59,834 nt of DNA from Candidatus Iainarchaeum sp. (GCA_016867455.1 VGJJ01000002.1:1-59834), one strand, 5' to 3'. Counted from the stretch's first letter, positions 17,231 to 26,173 are shown. Translations and numbers: made by a program. The notes: generated by a model not told the origin, from the sequence alone.

Positions 17231-18139
17231 CTAAACCAAACGGATGACTTTTCCCTTGTTTATTAACATGGTGGTCTCGAACTGCGCGACGATAGCACCT
17301 TTCTTTTCTTTCAGCACGCCGTGGGCTTCCAATGCCCCGTATTTCACGAGTTCGCGCAGCGCTGTTTTTCGGGCAAATGCGCTCATGTCTAAGTCTCGGG
17401 CAATCCATCGTTCCGCGAAGGGCAATCCGTCATAGGTTTCGGCACAAAAGTCTAATAGTTTTCGCGCGTTCACGTTTCGTATTCCGGGCACGAGTCCGTT
17501 GACTTCAAAAATTTCAACGATTCCTGCGTCACTAATGCGGCCGTTTCCATGAATGGATGCGAAGGGCTCCATCGCGTACGCTTGTCCGTTTTCTAACACA
17601 TCGGTTTCTCCCGTGTCCACGTTGGGAATGGATGGAGAACAATGCGCCGTGTATTCGTCAATGCCGTGTCCGGATAAATTGGCGATGGGGTCCACGCCAA
17701 ATGAACGTAGAGATGTTTCAATTGCTCGGCCAATGGTTCCCACTTCCACTCCTTCTTGGATGGTTGAAAATCCTGCTTCTAATGCGGCTTGCGTGGCGGT
17801 AATCAAATTTTTGGTTTCTTTTGTTTGAGCAAAATCAAGTGTAATCGCCGCGTCCACGAGATAACCATTTTTGTGCACGCCAATGTCGACTTTCAACACG
17901 TCGCCTGTTGACACGCGGGTTTCGTCTTTCTCGCTCGGAGTATAGTGTGCGGCCACATCATTCAAACTCAAATTCAATGGGAACGCAATTCCACATCCGT
18001 GTTTTTGAGTGAGTGCTTCTATTTCTTCTGCGATATCAAGCAGCTTCACGCCGGGCTGAATAAAGTCCCGCGCGCGCTTTCGGCACAATTCATGCACTTT
18101 TGCGGCGGTCTCATAGTTTTCGATGATTTTGGAGTCCAT
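17231..18139 (-). CDS. map: methionine aminopeptidase, type 2
   Basis: 302 aa with a pita-bread fold pattern (AFPLNLSLNDVAAHYTP, VLKVDIGVHKNGYLVDAA, SGHGIDEYTAH, YAMEPFAS). Confidence 0.9.
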   Translation of the reverse strand: MDSKIIENYETAAKVHELCRKRARDFIQPGVKLLDIAEEIEALTQKHGCGIAFPLNLSLNDVAAHYTPSEKDETRVSTGDVLKVDIGVHKNGYLVDAAITLDFAQTKETKNLITATQAALEAGFSTIQEGVEVGTIGRAIETSLRSFGVDPIANLSGHGIDEYTAHCSPSIPNVDTGETDVLENGQAYAMEPFASIHGNGRISDAGIVEIFEVNGLVPGIRNVNARKLLDFCAETYDGLPFAERWIARDLDMSAFARKTALRELVKYGALEAHGVLKEKKGAIVAQFETTMLINKGKVIRLV

Positions 18140-18149
18140 ATGTTTCTCT

Positions 18150-20573
18150 TCACATGAACGAACTTAAACCTGTTTGTTTTCCCCCGCGTTCCAAGTCCGT
18201 GGAGTCAATTCCCAGTTCCGCAAATATTTTTTCCACCGCTGGGATGATTTGATTCTTCACGTAGTACTCGGCATCATAGTCTCCTTCTTTCACGAATTCG
18301 TCTAGTTCGGCGCGGTCGGAAATGCTTTTGCCATTTTTGGTGATGATGAATCCGAGCATTTGTCCCACAAAAATTTCTTTTCCTCTTTTTTGGGCTTTCA
18401 ATGCGGCTGAAACGTGGGGTGCCGTGGTGTGATAACTCTCGGGTTTGCGCTGCAATTGCGTGAGTATCACGAGTTCTTTTTTGGGAACGTTTCCGGAGCG
18501 TAACCGTTTGATGACATCCATCACGGCATCGTGTGCCTTGTTGGGAGTTCCATTCACGAGTATTTCGTGGAGAACTTTCTTTTGTGTTTCGCGCGCGATA
18601 ATGCTTACGTCCCTCCTCACGTATTCAAATCCAACAATCGTGAGTGCATTTTCGTTGTCCGCTAATGCGTATCTTTTTTTGGCCACGTGTCCTTCTTTCC
18701 GTGTTACAAATAGTCCCCGTTTGTAGAGTCCTTCGAATTCTAGTTCCATTCTTCCGGGTAATTTGGCATTGACTTTTTCGACGAATTTTTTGATATCATT
18801 TTCGGTTTTGTTTCTGGGAAGGAGTACGAACGCAGAGTCGGTGTCTCCGTATACGGGCGTGTATCCGTCTTCTTCCGCCCATTTGAGTGTTTGCCGGATG
18901 TAGTGTCTCGCCCACGCGGTGATGGCTTGTGCGGAGTCGCGGGAATACCATCTAAAGCGTGGATAGGCGAGCGTTCCGAAAAATGAATTCAAAACAATTT
19001 TGAGTGCTTGTTTTCGTGCTTTCAAAAACACTTGTTGGGGATCCTTCTTGGGGAGTGCGTCCATTTGTTTTTGTACCTCAATGCGTTGATCGAGAATTCG
19101 TTCGATTACACTGGTAAAGAGTCCTTTTTTTTGGGTGCAGAACCAGCTCCCATTGGGTGATTTGTTTTCTCCTTCTTTGCACACGTTGTGCGTGCAGTTC
19201 AATGCGTCCGGGGAGATGTTGTGCGATATCATGATGCTTGGATAGAGGGAGCGGAAGTCTAGCACCGCTAGGTTTTCGTGCAGTCCCGCAACGGGTTCTT
19301 TCACATACCCTCCTTCGATGGGGTTTTGCAACCGCCCTTCGACTTGTTCATCGGTGGGGGGATTTGGAAATAACACGTTTCGGGAAACGCTTTCGTGCAT
19401 GAGGGTAGTTTCCACGAGTTGAGACGCGGATGCCCGGTTCACGTCGAATAGTGTTAATCGCACGAGTCGGGATATTTCTAATAACAATGGTAAAAATTCG
19501 TCTCCTAATCGTTTGGTGTATTGGGCGTCGGTGAGATTGTATTTCGCAAGTTTGTCTAATCCTTTTTGGGTTTTCCATGTTTCCCATATTTGCGTGTGGT
19601 TGAGTGTCTTTTCTCCTTCATTGAATACGGCTTTCATCACGCTTTCTAAATCCAATCGCGGCGATTTGAAGAATTGGAATCGTGTTAAAAGTCGAGCGAG
19701 TTGGTACACGTCCACGTGTTGGATGCCGTGTAATCGTGCTTCGGATTCGTTTCCTTTTCCGGTGATGATGGCGTGTCCGAATCCGAAATCTATTTCCACG
19801 TGATTTTTTTTGCTTCGTTCGATGATGAATGGGAAATCAAATCGGTCCCCGTTGTAGGTGTACAATACATCGATGTCTGAAACGTTGCAGAATGTTCGGA
19901 ATCCTTCCAGCATTTTTTTTTCGTTCTCGCATGCTTGGGTAATTTTGTCCTCGTACGCGTTGGCCATGAATACTTTTTCTCCTGCACTGGTTGAGAGTGC
20001 GATGGAGATGATTTGGTCTTTCTCGGGTTGGGGTATTTTTCCGTTGCCGAATGTTTCAATGTCAAATGCGCCGGTGCGAAACGACGTGAATGATTCGTTA
20101 GTGAGTGTAATTTTTTTCACGTTTCCTTCATCATCGAGCGTGCATTCCACGTGTTGCGTGGGCGTGAGTTGTTTGTCTAAAATGTATCGTTTGGTATAGG
20201 GAATGTTGGCCTCCCTCAGGGTTTCGACAAAAGGGTATGCCTGTATTTTTTCGCGCGAGGGAACGAGTTGTCCAATCGTGGAGAATCCCATTTTGATGTA
20301 GGCTTTTCCTTCTTTCGTGACTTTTTCGACTAAAATGGGTTTGACTCCCCCGGGGAGGGTTTCATCCTTGAGTTGCTGGGTTATCTTTCCTACATCCGCG
20401 TTTTCGACTAATTGGATGTAAAAATAGGGGGGAAAATGGGGATCGGTTACTCGTTGGATAGGCCCTTTGCCCCCTTGCGTACGGATAAACAGGTCGATAA
20501 CGCTCTTTCCACCTATTTCCCGTGTTTGGACGTCGAGGAGGGGTCCTTTTATCACGTTTAATGAACGAGGCAT
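18150..20573 (-). CDS. polB: family B DNA polymerase
   Basis: 807 aa. Exo motifs FDIETF and YNGDRFDFPF, and polymerase motifs DFRSLYPSIM, KIVLNSFFG and YGDTDS. No intein-sized insertion was seen. Confidence 0.95.
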   Translation of the reverse strand: MPRSLNVIKGPLLDVQTREIGGKSVIDLFIRTQGGKGPIQRVTDPHFPPYFYIQLVENADVGKITQQLKDETLPGGVKPILVEKVTKEGKAYIKMGFSTIGQLVPSREKIQAYPFVETLREANIPYTKRYILDKQLTPTQHVECTLDDEGNVKKITLTNESFTSFRTGAFDIETFGNGKIPQPEKDQIISIALSTSAGEKVFMANAYEDKITQACENEKKMLEGFRTFCNVSDIDVLYTYNGDRFDFPFIIERSKKNHVEIDFGFGHAIITGKGNESEARLHGIQHVDVYQLARLLTRFQFFKSPRLDLESVMKAVFNEGEKTLNHTQIWETWKTQKGLDKLAKYNLTDAQYTKRLGDEFLPLLLEISRLVRLTLFDVNRASASQLVETTLMHESVSRNVLFPNPPTDEQVEGRLQNPIEGGYVKEPVAGLHENLAVLDFRSLYPSIMISHNISPDALNCTHNVCKEGENKSPNGSWFCTQKKGLFTSVIERILDQRIEVQKQMDALPKKDPQQVFLKARKQALKIVLNSFFGTLAYPRFRWYSRDSAQAITAWARHYIRQTLKWAEEDGYTPVYGDTDSAFVLLPRNKTENDIKKFVEKVNAKLPGRMELEFEGLYKRGLFVTRKEGHVAKKRYALADNENALTIVGFEYVRRDVSIIARETQKKVLHEILVNGTPNKAHDAVMDVIKRLRSGNVPKKELVILTQLQRKPESYHTTAPHVSAALKAQKRGKEIFVGQMLGFIITKNGKSISDRAELDEFVKEGDYDAEYYVKNQIIPAVEKIFAELGIDSTDLERGGKQTGLSSFM

Positions 20574-20608
20574 AGGCTTTTTTTAAGGGCCAATTTGTCT
20601 TTTAACCT

Positions 20609-21070
20609 ATGGCCGACCCCTCCGCGTATACTTCCTCCAATACGGGTTCTCCCGCTTCCAAAGGGGGGGATTACTTGTTTTCCTTGAATCGGGACCTCAA
20701 GGCCCTGAATGCCTCTGTTTTAGTGATTACTCAGAAAATCAAGTTTTTGGTGAGGAATGAGAAAATCCTTGGAAGAAATCTCATTGTTATCAACAAGCGT
20801 GTGCGGGACATTCAATCCCAGGTCGCGAGTTCGGAAGCCCACGGCGTGTCGGATGAAGTGCGTGCATCCTTACAGGAATTGGATAAAAAAGTGGGGGCGC
20901 TTTCCCAGCGTTTGATTGAAGTCGAGGCCAAGGTGGATGATGTTGTTTCACGTTCGGCGAAAGAGGAAGAAGTCAAAGAGTTGAAGTATATTGTGGAAAA
21001 CATTAATCCCCTGCACTTAGTCACCATGGAACAAGCCGAGCAAATGCTTGAAAAGAAAAATAAAAAATAA
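20609..21070 (+). CDS. coiled-coil protein (unknown function)
   Basis: 153 aa. Disordered S/T/G-rich N-terminus, then heptad-like segments (LKALNASVLVITQKIKFLVRNEKIL...LIEVEAKVDDVV). Confidence 0.7.
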   Translation: MADPSAYTSSNTGSPASKGGDYLFSLNRDLKALNASVLVITQKIKFLVRNEKILGRNLIVINKRVRDIQSQVASSEAHGVSDEVRASLQELDKKVGALSQRLIEVEAKVDDVVSRSAKEEEVKELKYIVENINPLHLVTMEQAEQMLEKKNKK

Positions 21071-21090
21071 GTAAAATAAAAAAAACGCGT

Positions 21091-22644
21091 TCATAATTTA
21101 GCAAAGAAATCTTTCACCACGGGTTGCGAGTACGTGTCTCGTATCGTTGCACGATAATTTTTTCTCCCGGTGAGAGTGACCGCGGCTTCTCTTCCGCTCA
21201 CCACGGATAGTTTTGCTTCCGCGAGAGCAACGATGCTGCGCGGCAAATCGATTTCGTGTGCGGCCGAGAACAAGAATCCCACATCCTGCGTGAGGCTTTG
21301 TGAGAATAATTGTTCCATTTCTTTGGCGAGAATGGGCTCATGTTTCGCGTCAAATAATTGGTTGGCTTCCGGCACCATGATGAGCGTTTTGACTCGCCCC
21401 GATACTCCTTTGCGGGTGTACATTTCATACACGCCCTTCAACACGGTGTACACGAGCAAGTTGCGCAGTTTGGGGGGCGTGTTTCGCAAACGTAAAACGC
21501 CTATTCTTCCAATGGATTGGAACCACGCCTTGGATATTTCTTCCGTGGGGTTGATTCCGTTGTACATGTTGGGGAATGTTTGATCGAGTAATGTGAACAC
21601 GCGCATGAGCGATGAAATAGTGAAAGGGGCGAGATTTTCCGTTGGAGGAAGTTGTCGCAGTATTCCTTTGGCTTCATCGATGGAACTTACTTTGTGTTCG
21701 CGCAGGAAGCGAATAAGGTTTACTCCTAATTCGTGGGTGGAAATCCCAAGTATTTCGCACAAACTCTCCGGGTGTATCATGGATAATTCTAGTTTGAGGT
21801 TTTCTCCGGGCAAGAATTCTTTTAATGGAAAACCCACGGGGTCTCCTTCAATTTTTTGTTCTTTTAATAATGTTGAGAGTGGGTTGGGGGAGCGCATGCA
21901 TGAGTATTCGTTTTCCCAGTCCACGATAACTAATGGGATGTTGGAGAATAATGCTCCTTCGGCAATGACCTGTAGCAAGTGTTTGCGATGCTCCACGCGT
22001 CCATTGAATATCGTTGAGCGTTTGAAGAAGACGATGGGTTCCTTGACCATGAGTCCATTCGTGGTTGTTCCTAATACGAATTCTCCGGGGAGCGCGCCCA
22101 TATGTTGAGCGGCCGAATTGTCGGATGGTTTTCCGGAGTTGTTTGATTCGATGGCGTGTGCGTTGGTTGCGAGCAGGGGCATGAGCAATGGCATCGTGAA
22201 AAATGCCTCGCTCACATTTGAAGGAAATTCGTTCATGGTTTTGAGTTGCACATCGTATGCGCGTCCCACTTCAACTAATAACGAATGGCTCACTTCCATT
22301 TTTTTGAGGAGAATATCCGTTTGTTCTAATACGATGCTTTCTTCCCACACTAATGATACGGGCGCGGATCCTAACAAGAGGAATGTGTTCGTGTCATCGA
22401 GCAAGTGTTTCGTGACCACGATGACTTCTCGCGGAAGCGTTTGAATGAATCCATTCACATCACCGGTGGCCACGAGGGGTTGGTAGAATTCGCTCACGCA
22501 CTCGGAAATGGACCCATTCTCATTTCGGAGTATTTGCACGTAAATCATTTTTTGGGGGTTCGTGTATATTTCTAATTCATAGTTTTGTAGTTCGCCCTTC
22601 ATGAGCAGTGTCCACGGTCCTTGGGCTATTTTGAATAATGGCAT
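21091..22644 (-). CDS. HerA/FtsK-like (DUF87-type) P-loop fold protein with degenerate Walker motifs
   Basis: 517 aa. It has IFNGRVEHRKHLLQVIAEG where a GxxGxGK[ST] loop is expected, LVIVDWENEYS, LIMVPEAN in the Walker-B position, and a GFLFSAAHEIDLPRSIVALAEAKL tail segment. The assignment was made by eye only. Confidence 0.5.
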   Translation of the reverse strand: MPLFKIAQGPWTLLMKGELQNYELEIYTNPQKMIYVQILRNENGSISECVSEFYQPLVATGDVNGFIQTLPREVIVVTKHLLDDTNTFLLLGSAPVSLVWEESIVLEQTDILLKKMEVSHSLLVEVGRAYDVQLKTMNEFPSNVSEAFFTMPLLMPLLATNAHAIESNNSGKPSDNSAAQHMGALPGEFVLGTTTNGLMVKEPIVFFKRSTIFNGRVEHRKHLLQVIAEGALFSNIPLVIVDWENEYSCMRSPNPLSTLLKEQKIEGDPVGFPLKEFLPGENLKLELSMIHPESLCEILGISTHELGVNLIRFLREHKVSSIDEAKGILRQLPPTENLAPFTISSLMRVFTLLDQTFPNMYNGINPTEEISKAWFQSIGRIGVLRLRNTPPKLRNLLVYTVLKGVYEMYTRKGVSGRVKTLIMVPEANQLFDAKHEPILAKEMEQLFSQSLTQDVGFLFSAAHEIDLPRSIVALAEAKLSVVSGREAAVTLTGRKNYRATIRDTYSQPVVKDFFAKL

Positions 22645-22724
22645 AGCGTTTAACGTGCCGCGAGCACATGCTCGGGTTTTTATAGCACCCCTTGCTCGTA
22701 TATAAAACCGCTTTTGGGGTTGTT

Positions 22725-23291
22725 ATGGTTAATGAGGAGATGGTGCTGAACACCATTCAGAAGATGCGCGACGCTGGGTTGTCGGATGCGATTATTTCGT
22801 CCACGCTCGCGGACTTGGGACTCACTCCAAACCAAGTGCAAGGCTTTTTGTCCGGGCGCGGGAGTGGTTCTTCGTCCGCGCAGCCTGTTCCTGCTTCTCG
22901 TGGAATGAGTTCCATGAATAATCCTCGGGCATTAGAGCATGAGGAATTGGCTACTCGCACGAGTGAGAAGATTTTGTCTCAATTGGATGAGCGAGACGCG
23001 TTGGATAGTGACGTGGATGAATTGAAGGACAATATTACGCGTATTGCGTTAGAGCAGCATGGAGAGCAATTGAAGGACACGCACAACGCGGTCATGGAGC
23101 TGCATGATAAGTTTGATTCTACGGCAATGGATACGCTCAACAATCGTGTCATGAATATGAATGCGCGCATGGAGCAATTGAGTCGAGATGTGGTGGAGAT
23201 TAAGTCTATGAGTTTAGCATTGCAATCATTGCTCCAGAAAATTTTGGAAGCGAATCAGCAATTATTGTTTGAGATGAAAAGCAAGAAGTGA
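22725..23291 (+). CDS. coiled-coil protein with a small N-terminal helical domain (unknown function)
   Basis: Start moved to ATG 22725, ~22 nt after the TATA-like GTATATAAAAC. The C-terminal heptads IKSMSLALQSLLQKILEANQQLL resemble a segment of the 20609 product. Confidence 0.7.
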   Translation: MVNEEMVLNTIQKMRDAGLSDAIISSTLADLGLTPNQVQGFLSGRGSGSSSAQPVPASRGMSSMNNPRALEHEELATRTSEKILSQLDERDALDSDVDELKDNITRIALEQHGEQLKDTHNAVMELHDKFDSTAMDTLNNRVMNMNARMEQLSRDVVEIKSMSLALQSLLQKILEANQQLLFEMKSKK

Positions 23292-23420
23292 TTTTTTAGT
23301 AACTTTTCAAAGTAGTTTTTTGATTATCGTTTTTGATAAAACTTCATGGCAAACCAAAAAGGTTTGTCATGCCAGCAAACCATTGGTTTGCCTGGTTTCC
23401 ATAAGTTTGTTTGGCAGGGT

Positions 23421-23490
23421 ATTGATAAAACTTTTCTCAAAAGTTTTACTGGTGAACGTTTTTTGATCAAACTTTTTCCAAAAAAGTTTG
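23421..23490 (+). repeat. palindromic intergenic element, copies d1 and d2
   Basis: ATTGATAAAACTTTTCTCAAAAGTTTTAC (23421-23449) and GTTTTTTGATCAAACTTTTTCCAAAAAAGTTTG (23458-23490), located between convergent genes. Confidence 0.85.
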
Positions 23491-23492
23491 TT

Positions 23493-23906
23493 TTACTTGC
23501 TGAAAATTTTTCCCAAACTATCAAGTATTTTGTTGGCAATGTCGCTAATCAATAGTCCGGGGTTTTTTTCTTTGACTTTCCATACAAAATTTTCCGTATC
23601 CTTGTATGATTTTGCTTTTCCGGGAACCAAGTGCTCATTTATTTTTTCAGCCGCTGCTTTTCCTACTGAATCATAGAATTTAGCAGGATATTTTCCCGTT
23701 AGTTTTTCGATTTCACTCATTTCTCCCGTGTACACGGCCTTTGCTTTCGTGTACGTGGAATGAATTCCCCGTCGCGTGGATCGTGCGGCGAAGGCGAATG
23801 AGTAGATCAATAGTGTCAATGCCGCGAGGATGACCCAGAATACTTGCTTCGTGTTGAATAGAATCACGACCACGATGAGTAAAATCAGGAGAGTGGAGGC
23901 TTTCAT
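23493..23906 (-). CDS. small membrane protein with 2 TM and a Lys-rich soluble domain (unknown)
   Basis: 137 aa. Adjacent to the upstream ORF with no gap. Confidence 0.65.
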   Translation of the reverse strand: MKASTLLILLIVVVILFNTKQVFWVILAALTLLIYSFAFAARSTRRGIHSTYTKAKAVYTGEMSEIEKLTGKYPAKFYDSVGKAAAEKINEHLVPGKAKSYKDTENFVWKVKEKNPGLLISDIANKILDSLGKIFSK

Positions 23907-24260
23907 TTAGTATCCTCCCATTCCACCCATTCCGCCCATTCCTCCGCCGCCTCCGCCTCCTAATCCTTGGAGTGCGGCCATCATTTCGGGGCTCATTCCT
24001 TCGGGTTGTTCTTCCGATGGTTTGACTCCCACGAAGTAGGCTAAGACAACGAGTCCTATCGCGATGTAGAGCATTTCTCCTTGCAAGTCGCTTCCCAGCA
24101 TGACGAATATGACGCCGGTGACAAGGGTGAGTAATATTCCTGAGAGGGAGCGCAGACTAATGAGTAGGAAAATGAGGATGGCGAGCGCGGCCCAGAGTAT
24201 TTGGTATTGTACCGCGAATGCGAGCAGGAATATTGCCACTAAATAGGTGAACGTGTCCAT
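23907..24260 (-). CDS. small polytopic membrane protein with a C-terminal Gly/Met repeat tail
   Basis: 117 aa with 3-4 TM segments. Ends LGGGGGGGMGGMGGMGGY. Confidence 0.65.
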   Translation of the reverse strand: MDTFTYLVAIFLLAFAVQYQILWAALAILIFLLISLRSLSGILLTLVTGVIFVMLGSDLQGEMLYIAIGLVVLAYFVGVKPSEEQPEGMSPEMMAALQGLGGGGGGGMGGMGGMGGY

Positions 24261-24283
24261 GTTTTTTTCGCCCCGTTTTCGTG

Positions 24284-24529
24284 TTACTTGTCAAATGCTC
24301 CTATTTTTGCAAAGATGTCTTTTCCAAATGTGGCGAATGCCCATAATGCAACGAGCAGCCAAACCAAATCGGGGAATTGGTAAAAAGTCAGAAACATGAT
24401 GATGATAGCCGTTACCAGTGCGAGCTTTGCGCTTCCCACATTTCCTTTGGCCCAATTGTATATCCAGATGAAGATGAAGATGGATATGGCTAAGTGAATG
24501 CTATCTCCCAGCGCGTCATAGATGATCAT
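24284..24529 (-). CDS. small membrane protein (3 TM, unknown)
   Basis: 81-aa hydrophobic ORF on the same strand, downstream of purF. Confidence 0.6.
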   Translation of the reverse strand: MIIYDALGDSIHLAISIFIFIWIYNWAKGNVGSAKLALVTAIIIMFLTFYQFPDLVWLLVALWAFATFGKDIFAKIGAFDK

Positions 24530-24598
24530 ACGTATTTCGAGCCAGAACCCCTATTTAATGCCCCCTCGTTGAGCATGTTTACGTGTGAAAAGCGGGTT

Positions 24599-26173
24599 TT
24601 ATCGGTCGTATATTCGGCCGTGCATCTTTTGCTGGTGCCTAAACCACGCTTCCGTGACTAAGGATTGTCCCGTGGGGGTGGGGTATTTTCCCGTGAGGCA
24701 GGCCGTGCAAAGTTGTTGCGCATCAATGCGGAGGGCGCGGTATAATCCCTCCATGGTTTGATAATGGAGTGAGTCGGCTCCTAATTCTTTGGCAATGCAC
24801 CCCATTTCTTCCGCGTTGAGCGACACATTTTCGCGCGTGGATTCCTGCGCGGCGTGTTTGGCGGCGATGAGTTCGTTGAACGTGGTCATGTCGATTCCAT
24901 AAAAGCACGGGTTGAGAATGGGCGGGCATGATATTCGCGCGTGGACACTCAACACGTGTCCTTCTTCCTTGAGTTTGGTGACTAATTCGCGCATTGTGTT
25001 CCCGCGCACGATGGAGTCTTCCACTAAAATAACGTTTTTTCCTTCGATCGCGCTCTTGTTTATCGTGAATTTTTCTTTGACTTTGTCCTGCCACTTTCCT
25101 CCTTCAATGAATGTTCTTCCCACATACCGGTTGCGCAACAATCCTTCTTTCGCGGGCAGTTTGAGTGTGTACGCGTATCCATCCGCGGCGGGTTTGCTCG
25201 TGTCCGGAATGTTGACCACGACAAAATCACTTGGATTCGTTGATAGTTTTTCGGCGCGAGCGAGTTCTTCTCCTAATCGCCATCGTGCCTCATACACGTT
25301 GCTGTTTTGCATCGTGCTTCCCGCGGAGGCAAAATACACCCATTCGAACATGCAGTGGGAGACTTTTTGCGTCGATGGAGCGAATCGCGAATGGATGAGT
25401 TTGTTTTGGCTGAGTTTAATGAGTTCTCCCGCGCGCAAATCGGTTACACCATTTTTGACAAATGGGTGTAATGCGACACTTTCACTAGCGGCGAGGAAAA
25501 AGTCCGGTGTGTCAACGTAAACGAGGGGTTTGAATCCGTGTTTGTCGCGCATCACGCATAATTCTCCGTGCGCGTTTACGTAGACAATGGAATAGGCTCC
25601 ATCGGCGCGTTCCGCGACATGGGTGAACATGTTTTCCAGCGTATTCGGTGTTTCTGTTCCGGTGTGGTGCGCGAGTAGGTGCATCAGCACTTCCGTATCC
25701 GTGTTCGTGCGGAAATGGTATTGGTTTTCTTTCAACTCGTTTCGTATCTCGGGAGCGTTGGCGATGTTTCCATTGAATGCGAAGGAGAACCATTTCCATA
25801 ATCGCGAGTGCACGCGTTCAAATGGCTGCGCCACGTCGCATGATTCGCTTCCGCTGGTGGCATAACGGACGTGTCCGATGCCTATTTTTCCCGTGTAATC
25901 ATTCAAGAGTTTGGTTGCTTTTTCTTCATCGCTAAGTTGGAATACTTCATTCACTAATCCATTGGCCTTGTACGTGCGCAATAATTCAGGGTGCGTGTCA
26001 TCATACACCGTGAATCCGGCGGATAATTGTCCGCGGTGCTGTAATTGTAACAACATTTTTTGGAGGAAAAACAATGCTCCTCCCTCCGGATAGTGGGAGG
26101 GGTCTTTTTTCAAGTACACGGCTGCAATCCCGCATTCTTCACGGGGGTGATCATCGCGGGGGGAGTTAGCCAT
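24599..26173 (-). CDS. purF: amidophosphoribosyltransferase (class II glutamine amidotransferase + PRTase)
   Basis: A 13-aa propeptide precedes the nucleophile Cys (EECGIAAVY). PRPP loop VILVEDSIVRGNT and a C-terminal CTACLTGKYP. Confidence 0.88.
   Translation of the reverse strand: MANSPRDDHPREECGIAAVYLKKDPSHYPEGGALFFLQKMLLQLQHRGQLSAGFTVYDDTHPELLRTYKANGLVNEVFQLSDEEKATKLLNDYTGKIGIGHVRYATSGSESCDVAQPFERVHSRLWKWFSFAFNGNIANAPEIRNELKENQYHFRTNTDTEVLMHLLAHHTGTETPNTLENMFTHVAERADGAYSIVYVNAHGELCVMRDKHGFKPLVYVDTPDFFLAASESVALHPFVKNGVTDLRAGELIKLSQNKLIHSRFAPSTQKVSHCMFEWVYFASAGSTMQNSNVYEARWRLGEELARAEKLSTNPSDFVVVNIPDTSKPAADGYAYTLKLPAKEGLLRNRYVGRTFIEGGKWQDKVKEKFTINKSAIEGKNVILVEDSIVRGNTMRELVTKLKEEGHVLSVHARISCPPILNPCFYGIDMTTFNELIAAKHAAQESTRENVSLNAEEMGCIAKELGADSLHYQTMEGLYRALRIDAQQLCTACLTGKYPTPTGQSLVTEAWFRHQQKMHGRIYDR

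Noticed and set aside
23324-23555. Two mirror-image ORFs (69 and 71 aa) in the convergent spacer.
   Set aside because: Both arise from the palindromic repeats. Neither has a start context, and they overlap each other completely.
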